A DNA stretch of 64,000 nucleotides from Paramoeba atlantica (Eukaryota; Protista; Discosea). The position numbers were made by a program, and so were the translations under genes. Shown one piece after another: positions 10,460-19,246 of the stretch. The first letter of the stretch is position 1. Each line of letters starts with the position of its first letter. The stretch covers positions 62,001 through 126,000 of the forward strand of contig CDRNVI010000021.1 in assembly GCA_977017575.1 (NCBI GenBank). The letters are read 5' to 3'. A model generated the notes under the pieces. It saw nothing but the letters and a program-made list of their open reading frames with translations, made no database searches and was not told the origin of the DNA.

Positions 10460-11575
10460 ATGACACAACTCGAACTTCACTCTACCCGAAATTTACGGTC
10501 ATCGCGCAGTTCGTCTCCTGCAGTGCAACGGCCCGAGCCTACCGAGCCGTTGTCGCAGCAGGAGCTGAGTTTGGTGTGCACTGTTGCCCGAGAAAAACTG
10601 TTGAGTAGGGTGGCGGTCAATGTTAGGGCCAAATTTCGACGCAAGGACTCTTCTTCTGAGGCAATGCAAGTTGTGCAAGGTAAGATTCGAAAAGAAGGGA
10701 TTGAATTATGGGGTGTCTGGGATAATGAACCCTCAAAAGAGTATCCATTTCCGCACGCCGACTTGTACTATTACGACATTTCGATCATAGATGATCCTCC
10801 GGCGACTACGGGGCTAGAACAAGGGTCGACCGCCAATGGATTACGTACTAGTCAGAATTTCCCGGATGGTGGGGGGACAAACGAGGCTATTGTTAACGCT
10901 GATACTGTGGAAACTGGAATTCCTTTCGGACCGAGTGCCAATTTGGACCCTAACGGCCTGGATCCTTACGAGCCGATTACGTTCACCCCATGGATTAACG
11001 CCTTTGATGACGGGGGATTTCGCGTACGGGATTTGATGCGAGAACTGCGAGAAGCACCAGAATTTGGACTTCGCGTGAACCAGTTTTTCACCGACCGGAC
11101 TTTTCTGAAGCAACAAGAACGATTTTTTGAAAATGTTTTTTGCAAGTGGATTCTTTTTGCGCGGATGACTCAAGGTTGGGATCAGGGAGTTTACTTGGAA
11201 ATGGGAAAAGCAATCATTCAGACGATGCGCGATGCATATTGGCGAGCCCGGCGCATTGACGTGGATCTCGTGCATCAAAAATTGCAAAAAGACGTCCGTC
11301 CGAATGATAAGTTCTACCATCTTGTCAGTGAGCAATTAGTTGATCGCCAGAAGCAGTATGCCCGCCAAGTGGGATTTTCCGGATCAGGGGTCTTCCACTC
11401 AAAGGCAAGTTTTCAAGGAAATGCGCGCCAGAATTTTGTGCCTCAACAGCGAGCTCCTTTATTGTGTTATGGTTGTCGTTCCCCTGACCACATGTGGAGA
11501 AATTGTCCTAAACGGTTTCAGCAGGGTTTTCGTTCGAGGGTGGCTGGCCCTGCACAAGGCAGCAAGAACTTCTGA
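10460..11575 (+). CDS. gag-like protein with CCHC zinc knuckle (371 aa)
   Basis: CYGCRSPDHMWRNC; homologous to the gag of B. Confidence 0.85.
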   Translation: MTQLELHSTRNLRSSRSSSPAVQRPEPTEPLSQQELSLVCTVAREKLLSRVAVNVRAKFRRKDSSSEAMQVVQGKIRKEGIELWGVWDNEPSKEYPFPHADLYYYDISIIDDPPATTGLEQGSTANGLRTSQNFPDGGGTNEAIVNADTVETGIPFGPSANLDPNGLDPYEPITFTPWINAFDDGGFRVRDLMRELREAPEFGLRVNQFFTDRTFLKQQERFFENVFCKWILFARMTQGWDQGVYLEMGKAIIQTMRDAYWRARRIDVDLVHQKLQKDVRPNDKFYHLVSEQLVDRQKQYARQVGFSGSGVFHSKASFQGNARQNFVPQQRAPLLCYGCRSPDHMWRNCPKRFQQGFRSRVAGPAQGSKNF

Positions 11576-11641
11576 AACGTTCCCACCCGAACGGCCAGTA
11601 CTACAATAAATACCAACCGAAACCACAAACCTTTTACGCAA

Positions 11642-12709
11642 GTGAACAGTACAGTAACAGTTTTCAAAAGAAAAAGGATACAATTTATGCAAGTGACGAA
11701 GAAACGAAGGATGGAGAAGAATCACGTGGGTGTAGTGAGTGCAAAGAACTCAAGAGGAAGATATCTCAGATCTGGGACTTTATACGGCGGGACGCTAAGT
11801 TTGGAGCAGAAGGTGCCGGAAAGGCAGAAATTGATGAAGTTATTGCTGGGTGTGACAATAATGAGTCCCGAAATAAGGATGGCTCTCGATGCAATGGGGG
11901 CAATGTGGAGCGTTTCGACGTGGCGGGCACGGGCACGAATATGGGAGCGCCTGTCAGCCTTTTGCACGGGAAGGGGGATACGGATAACGGCGTTACACGC
12001 CGTGACTTTTCTTGCCAGTTTGCAGATAAGAATACAGGCGAAACTAACTTACGCCCGAACCCTCGCCTCGATATTAAACCTTGCAGGGGAAAATACGAAC
12101 CCGTTAAAATTCTACGTAAAATCTCTAATGGCGGAAGGAGCGACGGAACCATGCCGTCAAATGGAACCCCTGACGCAGCAGCACATTCAGAAATTGTGGA
12201 ACCACATGGCATCCCGCGAAAAACATACGCTGCTGCTGTGCTGGAAGGGGGCAAGCCGTTGGTCCGAAACGGCAGCGTTGACCAGAGAACGGTTTTACGA
12301 AGTCGCGTCCAACAGAATTGTAATTTGGTGGGGAAGGCATACGAAGACGTCCCGCCTAAACCCATATCGCCCATCCATGTATACCGTCATCGAGGGACCG
12401 GGCACGGAGGAGCTCGCAAGGTATGTAGCGCAACTAAAGCCTCTCCAACCGATGTCATGGGCTACAACTTCACAAGTGGATGTCGAGATAAGGAAAATTC
12501 TCGGATTGGGTTTCGGGTCACATTCGGCAAAGCGCGGGGCGATCACTCTTCTTCTCGCGGAGGTGGCAAACGGCAATCTAAATTTGGAGGAGGTCCAGCA
12601 TCTTGCAAAACATCAGAGCCTGGAATCTCTTCTGCGGTACAATGCCGATCCAGTGACGACTGCACTGGCACTGGGAACGCACAAAGCAACGCGCAAGTTG
12701 ACCATCTGA
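11642..12709 (+). CDS. Tyrosine recombinase (up to 355 aa; true start uncertain)
   Basis: SRW(R), TK(K), HSAKR(HxxR), KH, LRY(Y). Confidence 0.9.
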   Translation: MNSTVTVFKRKRIQFMQVTKKRRMEKNHVGVVSAKNSRGRYLRSGTLYGGTLSLEQKVPERQKLMKLLLGVTIMSPEIRMALDAMGAMWSVSTWRARARIWERLSAFCTGRGIRITALHAVTFLASLQIRIQAKLTYARTLASILNLAGENTNPLKFYVKSLMAEGATEPCRQMEPLTQQHIQKLWNHMASREKHTLLLCWKGASRWSETAALTRERFYEVASNRIVIWWGRHTKTSRLNPYRPSMYTVIEGPGTEELARYVAQLKPLQPMSWATTSQVDVEIRKILGLGFGSHSAKRGAITLLLAEVANGNLNLEEVQHLAKHQSLESLLRYNADPVTTALALGTHKATRKLTI

Positions 12710-14319
12710 TTACGGAAGACAATCTTTTTATCAAGTTTTTAGACGATATTCCTCAGGAGAAAGTTAAACACACGATTACTCGTACTCGACGAACATCGAA
12801 AGTGGCTCTTCCATCCGATTATAATCTTCCGTTGCACGTGAAATCCGGAATACCCGACATGCAGGTTAATACTCTCAGACGAATGATGAACAGCGAAGCA
12901 GAACGCCGATTCGCAGAAACATGGGATACACTTGTTCGGCTACCGTCTACACCGACGATAGAGCAGCGATTCAAATCCTTTTTACCCCCAGCTGATATAT
13001 CCGCTTTGTTGGAGACAGGAGTTATTTCACGGGTTGGATCCGAGGTAGTAAAGGCCAGACCTTCGATGGAGTGGGTGATTCCGTTCACGGTGGTGGAGCC
13101 AGCTGACGACGATTCGGAGCGACGTCGCTTTATAGCCTGGACCCGAGGCGATAACAATAGAATTCGCGAAGAGTACAAGCCTGAGGTTCCCGTTTGCCAT
13201 GCTGCATATTACCTTCATCGGGTTCGAGACCAATGTGCTATTAAGCGGGATTTAGCGTGCGGGTTTTGGCAGGTGAAGATACCGGTGGAATCACGACAAA
13301 AATTTCGCTTCCGTGACGAGGAGGGCACATTATACGAAATGAATGTTATGCCCATGGGGCATCGTTGTGCCCCCGAGATAATGCACACCCTTACGGCCAC
13401 CATTGGGGGTGACCCCCGATATTGTAATCGAGATGCGTCTTTTCCTGGAGGGGGTCTGGATGTTTACATTGACGGTATTCGTTTTGCGGGCGAGGTGTCT
13501 AAGGTGAATGGGTACGCGCGCTTCATTGATCGTCGTGCTATCAATGTCAATGCTAAGTTTAAGGATCATGGCGACCCGCCAATGGATGTTTATACCTTTA
13601 ATGGGGTTACCTTTTTTCACCGAGATGGAAAGGTTAGTCTAGGGCCTAAGTTGACGCGACGATTGCAAAGTGATGATTTCTTAGCGGGAACCTATGGCTC
13701 TTTGGAGGCAGGCGTTGGGAGGTTAATTTTTGCATCGGCCATCATGGGAATATGTATGCCAGAGTACCATTTGGAGTTGAAAATTGTTAGGCGCCGAATT
13801 TGTCGATTGAATCGCGAACCGAATTTACTTGATGATAAGGTCCCATTACCGACATCTGTCAGGATACGTTTGATGGCGTGGAGGGATAAATTGCTTTATC
13901 GTTCACCTGTTACACCGCCTCGCCACCCAGATACTGTTCCCCATCAACATACTTTGTTTACGGATGCGTCATCTGTAGGATGGGGGGCGGTCCTATATCT
14001 TGATTACGGACCCATGTTTTGCACTGGGGCGCAGTGGCTGGCGGATTTTAATTACGAGGTTAATAGAGCTGAAGCGCGGGCAGTTCGACTCGCCTTTGAG
14101 AAATTTCAAATTCACTTTAAGAAAGATACGTGTGTGGACTTGTTCATTGATAATACTTCGTGTGTGGCCGCTGTTAATAGAAAGGTTTCAAAATCAAACG
14201 GAATTACCGAGGAGCTTCGTCGTTTACTGCATTTTCTGAACAAGAACGGCTTAGCGGTTAAAGCAGAGTACGTACGATCATCCGAGAACCCAGCAGATCA
14301 TTACAGTCGATATTTTTGA
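11905..14319 (+). CDS. Reverse transcriptase-RNase H (804 aa, N-terminal third overlaps YR in another frame)
   Basis: RRRFIAW, KRDLACGFWQ, PMGHRCAPE, YIDG, FTDAS..WG, NRAEA, FIDN, NPAD. Confidence 0.92.
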   Translation: MERFDVAGTGTNMGAPVSLLHGKGDTDNGVTRRDFSCQFADKNTGETNLRPNPRLDIKPCRGKYEPVKILRKISNGGRSDGTMPSNGTPDAAAHSEIVEPHGIPRKTYAAAVLEGGKPLVRNGSVDQRTVLRSRVQQNCNLVGKAYEDVPPKPISPIHVYRHRGTGHGGARKVCSATKASPTDVMGYNFTSGCRDKENSRIGFRVTFGKARGDHSSSRGGGKRQSKFGGGPASCKTSEPGISSAVQCRSSDDCTGTGNAQSNAQVDHLITEDNLFIKFLDDIPQEKVKHTITRTRRTSKVALPSDYNLPLHVKSGIPDMQVNTLRRMMNSEAERRFAETWDTLVRLPSTPTIEQRFKSFLPPADISALLETGVISRVGSEVVKARPSMEWVIPFTVVEPADDDSERRRFIAWTRGDNNRIREEYKPEVPVCHAAYYLHRVRDQCAIKRDLACGFWQVKIPVESRQKFRFRDEEGTLYEMNVMPMGHRCAPEIMHTLTATIGGDPRYCNRDASFPGGGLDVYIDGIRFAGEVSKVNGYARFIDRRAINVNAKFKDHGDPPMDVYTFNGVTFFHRDGKVSLGPKLTRRLQSDDFLAGTYGSLEAGVGRLIFASAIMGICMPEYHLELKIVRRRICRLNREPNLLDDKVPLPTSVRIRLMAWRDKLLYRSPVTPPRHPDTVPHQHTLFTDASSVGWGAVLYLDYGPMFCTGAQWLADFNYEVNRAEARAVRLAFEKFQIHFKKDTCVDLFIDNTSCVAAVNRKVSKSNGITEELRRLLHFLNKNGLAVKAEYVRSSENPADHYSRYF

Positions 14320-15250
14320 ATGATGTTGTTTTCGAAGGATTGAATTACGCCATTTGTGAAAGCGCATATGATACGTATAGTAGATAAAAATAAGATATTG
14401 AGCGTTGAAAATCAAAAAAAAAAAAAAAAAAGGGAGACGTAAACTTCATGCAATCAATAACCAAGCAGAACGGACATGTGAGCGATTTTGATGTGTATGA
14501 GGAATGAGTGAGTGAGGAGACGAGATGACGAGGGGGGGGGCTCTCAGATAGTAGGCAATCTGGGGTTTCTTCTTCTTGCCGTCACTAGCGTTTGGGTGAT
14601 TTGAAGACTGGCGAGTGGGTGGTCCCCGCCGGGGAACTACCCATTCGCAAGAGAGAGAAAGTTTGAATATTGTTTTGTGGACGTCCATATATTTTTTGTT
14701 ATCATTATAGTCAGGATAGAAAAGTTGAAAGACATGTAGTTATTTAGTTTTATTTACTTGATGAATATTATTTACTTAGGACAATTCTTTATATATTTTG
14801 TACAAAGATTTTATGATGAGCAATTCTTAGAGTTTACGGAAAGAATTGCTTGAATAAAATATTTATTCTTTGACCGTGGCCCTACGGGGCACATATACAT
14901 ATATGTACCTGATTTTGCCCCCTCCGGGGGGAATCATGTAATTATAATTTTAGCATACTATACTATACATTATTTTACTCTAGTGACTTATAATCTTGTT
15001 CCACTCGCAAAAGGAAAGTTGCCCCACCCGCCATCCCCCAAACCACTCCCCGCCGGGGAACTACCCATTCGCAAGAGAGAGAAAGTTTGAATATTGTTTT
15101 GTGGACGTCCATATATTTTTTGTTATCATTATAGTCAGGATAGAAAAGTTGAAAGACATGTAGTTATTTAGTTTTATTTACTTGATGAATATTATTTACT
15201 TAGGACAATTCTTTATATATTTTGTACAAAGATTTTATGATGAGCAATTC

Positions 15251-15546
15251 AAATGACAGAAGCACAACTGCTGCAAAATGCTATTGAAAGGAAAAAGAAA
15301 AAGTATGTTTACTCTGGCGGAATAGAAGATGATTATTTTAAATGCATTCCAATGACCGAGAGTGGTTTTCTTCATGAAAATACACGAAAAATAATAACAG
15401 CTTTAGCGAAGAAAGCAAATCTGAATGTGAAAGAAGTAGTAGAGGCTTTTCAACTAGAGATTGAAAAGCTGAATGCGTACACGATTGTCACGCAATTACG
15501 CGACAGCCTACCAAAGGCCGCATGGCTAGGTTCTATCAATTCGTAG
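15251..15546 (+). pseudogene. C-terminal end of the CRE fragment split by element D
   Basis: KMTEAQLLQNAIERKK.. matches the 28922-29401 copy. Confidence 0.85.
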
Positions 15547-15819
15547 ACCTACACAGCTGAAAGTTTTGATTGATTGATTGATCGATTGATGTAAACTTGA
15601 AAGAGTAATTTTGGTTCCGTCATAGTCAGATGACCAAGTAAAAAAATGTATTTGATAGTTTACGAGAGGAAATTTAGACGAGAACAAATACGAATTTGAA
15701 AAGACTCCTTTTTCTCGAATGGCCCTACGAGGCACATAATCTCTGAATATATCTAAATATAATTCGTCATCAAATGTATAATTAGTATATACCACAGAAG
15801 TCCATAGTATACAAAAATA

Positions 15820-16168
15820 TCGGGAGAAGCTGAATGAAAGCGACTGCATGTATTGGACTTAGATGTATCTTTTTCCACGTGCAAAAGGTCCTGAACCTTT
15901 CCCAAAGCCTTGCCCTTGAATCCCACGTTGATGTGCTCCACATTGAGGCCATCCCATCCAAGGCCACTCTGACTTCGTGAGTGATCGTACTCACCCCCAT
16001 CAACAGGCTTAGCAGGTTTCTCCTGCCTGATTGCGCCGACTCCAAACTTAACGTTCCCTGATATAATTTTCCAGATGAAATTAATCTCCCGTCGTAGCTC
16101 CGCGCATTGACTACATTCTGTGCTGTCGTCTTTCTTCGTTTGCTGTGCGGAGCTTCGATCTGCGATGA
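15820..16168 (-). pseudogene. Inverted N-terminal half of the element B tyrosine recombinase
   Basis: GKLYQGTLSLE..ALDGMASMWSTSTW..LWERF aligns to the D YR N-terminus but lies on the opposite strand. Confidence 0.8.
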
Positions 16169-16856
16169 AATTCCTCCGCAAACGAAAATAACGTACGCTC
16201 GAGCAATAATGGCACTGTTCAACCTAATCGGAGAGAGCACTGTACCAATAAAGTTTTTCTGCAAAGCGCTACAAGCCGAGGGTGCGGAGGAGCCGAAACA
16301 CCAAATGGAACCACTAACACCATACCTCTTGAACAAGCTACGAAAGAATCTGACTCAATCGGAAAGCATGACAATGCTACTGTGCTGGAAAGCTGCCTCC
16401 CGCTGGACCGAGACAGCAAATTTAACGACAGAAAGATTCGTACAGGTGACCTCGCAAAGAATAGTAATCGCCTGGGGCAGAGGAACAAAGGCGTCGCGTT
16501 GCAACCAGTGGCGACCATCAATGTACACAGTAATTCTTGGGGAAGGCACTCCGGAGCTTGCCCAATACGTTCATACGCTCAAGTCGTGGAACACAATGTG
16601 CCGAACGAACGTACGACAGATGGATCGAAATATCAAGCAAACGCTCGGTCAAGCTTTTGGGACACATTCAGCCAGGAGAGGGGCGGTCACGGAGCTGTTC
16701 AAACAGGTCGCAAATGGGAAGGTCACAATCGACGAACTGAAGAATCTGGCAAAACACCAACAGATAGAATCCCTCCTCCGGTACAATTCAGATCCCGTCA
16801 CTACCGCGCTCGCTCTTGGAACTGGGAAAGCGACAATGCATCTGAAAACGTTGTGA
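16169..16856 (+). pseudogene. C-terminal half of the element B tyrosine recombinase
   Basis: KITYAR..SRW..TK..HSARR..KH..LRY. Confidence 0.88.
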
Positions 16857-18502
16857 GCTCCGAAAATTTATTTCGCCAGTACTTGCGCGATATGCCGCAA
16901 GAGAAGAGCCGCTACACCATTGTGCGTATCCGACGCACCACAAAGCTCGCTATGCATGATGATCTCAAACTACCATTACATGTGAAGAAAGTGAAAGTGT
17001 TGAATATGAACGAAGTTCGGAATATGATGAACGGGGCAGCATCTGCCCGATTTTGTGAGACGCTAAACACCCTCTTTAAGTTGGAAAAAAATGAAGATGA
17101 ATCGCCAAAATTTGCACCTACTTTACCGGAAAAAGATATCAAAGAGTTGGAAGATGCAAATATTATTAGTAAAGTATCACCGGACGAAGAAAACAAACGC
17201 CCCACCAATCAGTGGGTGATACCCTTTACGGTTATTGAACCCGCGGATGAAACTGGAGTTGAAAAGCGCCGCAGATTTATAGCGTGGACTCGAGAGGACA
17301 ATAAGAGACTCAAAGAAGATTACATACCTTACGTTCCCTTAAAGCACGCTGCTTTCTATTTGCATCGAGCGAAAGAGCCGTACGGGCTGAAGCGCGACTT
17401 ATCATGTGGTTTTTATCAGGTGAGTGTGCCGGAGCAGGCACGGGCAAAGTTTAGATTTCGAGGAAGCAATGGAGACCTATATGAACTAAAAGTTATGCCG
17501 ATGGGGCATAGGTGTGCCCCGGAAATCATGCACACAATTACATCAACATTGGCCGGGGATCCGCATTATTGCAGCGAGAGTTCCGCGTATGATGGAGCCT
17601 TTAAAGCTGACGTCTATGTTGATGGAGTAAGGTACGCGGGAGGGGAAGAAGAGGCGAGCGCGTATAAACAATTCATTGACTCTCGAGCTGGCAGCGTTAA
17701 TGCAACTTTCAAGGACGAGGGCACGGATCCTATGACGAACTATGTTTTCAATGGAGTGGAGTTTTGTCACGAAAAGGGTAAGGTAAAAATGGGACCAAAG
17801 ATAATTCAGCGAATGAAAGAGGATAGATTTCGTTATGCTACTTTTGAGCAACTTGAATCAGCAGTGGGACGACTCGTGCACGCATCCTCAGTTCTGGGTG
17901 AACCGATAACAAACTACCATTTTCCCCTAAAATTGGTTCGCAGACGTATCAATGCGCTCAACAACAAACCTGAACTACACAACGTACGGGTACCGCTCCC
18001 TCCGTATGTAACTTTGGCATTGACGGAATGGAAGAATAAGATATGCTTAAATAATCCAGTAACACCCCCTCCTCATCCGGATACAGTTCCACACCGCCAC
18101 ACCTTATACACGGATGCTTCGTCGACGGGATGGGGAGCAATATTGTACCTCGACTACGGGCAAGTAGTTTGTGTGGGGGATCGCTGGGAGGAGAACTTCG
18201 CGTACGAAGTGAACAAAGCAGAGACGAGGGCCGTTCGTCTCGCTTTCGAGCGTTTGGTACATCACTTCCACCGAGGAACTTGTGTGGACCTTTTCATCGA
18301 TAACACATCGTGTTTAGCATCAATTAAAAAGAAATCAACAAACTCAGACGGAATTCATTTTGAACTGAAGCCATTGCTGCAATTCTTAAGAAAGCAGGGA
18401 ATTACCGTACAGCCGGAATACATTTCATCAAAATTGAATCCCGCAGATCCAATCAGTCGACAACAGGTCCAGAGCAGTGCGAAAGGGAAAATTTGTGACT
18501 AG
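16382..18502 (+). CDS. RT-RNase H of element B (706 aa open)
   Basis: Same motifs as the D RT; YVDG. Confidence 0.9.
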   Translation: MLESCLPLDRDSKFNDRKIRTGDLAKNSNRLGQRNKGVALQPVATINVHSNSWGRHSGACPIRSYAQVVEHNVPNERTTDGSKYQANARSSFWDTFSQERGGHGAVQTGRKWEGHNRRTEESGKTPTDRIPPPVQFRSRHYRARSWNWESDNASENVVSSENLFRQYLRDMPQEKSRYTIVRIRRTTKLAMHDDLKLPLHVKKVKVLNMNEVRNMMNGAASARFCETLNTLFKLEKNEDESPKFAPTLPEKDIKELEDANIISKVSPDEENKRPTNQWVIPFTVIEPADETGVEKRRRFIAWTREDNKRLKEDYIPYVPLKHAAFYLHRAKEPYGLKRDLSCGFYQVSVPEQARAKFRFRGSNGDLYELKVMPMGHRCAPEIMHTITSTLAGDPHYCSESSAYDGAFKADVYVDGVRYAGGEEEASAYKQFIDSRAGSVNATFKDEGTDPMTNYVFNGVEFCHEKGKVKMGPKIIQRMKEDRFRYATFEQLESAVGRLVHASSVLGEPITNYHFPLKLVRRRINALNNKPELHNVRVPLPPYVTLALTEWKNKICLNNPVTPPPHPDTVPHRHTLYTDASSTGWGAILYLDYGQVVCVGDRWEENFAYEVNKAETRAVRLAFERLVHHFHRGTCVDLFIDNTSCLASIKKKSTNSDGIHFELKPLLQFLRKQGITVQPEYISSKLNPADPISRQQVQSSAKGKICD

Positions 18503-19246
18503 CGAAAGGGTGGTCCCCGCGTGGACACCCGTTCGCGACAGGGAGAGATAATGCATCTCTCGGTGAGTGAATGTTATAGTATTATTAGTTTGTTCAAATT
18601 GGTTTCTACGGATAGTTTCAAATTCAATTGTAAAATAAAAGAGTGCAGAGATGTACATAGGATATCGTTAAAACAAATTATCAATATACATTATGTAGAC
18701 TGAAGTTCACCTTTTCGTACAATATATTTTATAGTTTCTTTATGTTGTGCAGGGGCTCACCCGGAGGGCAATTCTAGAAGTCTACGAATAGAATTGTTCG
18801 AAGGATATCGAGTTTCCTGTAGGGTGGGGGGGTGGCCCCACGGGGCACATGATATTCTCATATTATGATTTTTACTTAGTTAAATTGTCAGAGTTTAATC
18901 GTACATCAATTATTTATACTTTGGTAAAGGATAGAAGATTATATCCGTACGAAAATTTTGTCCCGCCCACCAACCCCCAAACCACTCCCCGCGTGGACAC
19001 CCGTTCGCGACAGGGAGAGATAATGCATCTCTCGGTGAGTGAATGTTATAGTATTATTAGTTTGTTCAAATTGGTTTCTACGGATAGTTTCAAATTCAAT
19101 TGTAAAATAAAAGAGTGCAGAGATGTACATAGGATATCGTTAAAACAAATTATCAATATACATTATGTAGACTGAAGTTCACCTTTTCGTACAATATATT
19201 TTATAGTTTCTTTATGTTGTGCAGGGGCTCACCCGGAGGGCAATTC

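Larger units (their letters stand above)
10263..15250 (+). mobile_element. Apparently intact VIPER-like YR retrotransposon, family D (4988 bp)
   Basis: A1 10263-10458, three open ORFs, B1 14623-14826, A2 14827-15022, B2 15047-15250; repeats near-identical; no TSD. Confidence 0.92.
5051..19246 (+). mobile_element. VIPER-like YR retrotransposon, family B (host of nested insertions)
   Basis: A1 5051-5235, B1 18514-18774, A2 18775-18959, B2 18986-19246; gag, YR and RT/RH remnants between; no TSD. Confidence 0.9.
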
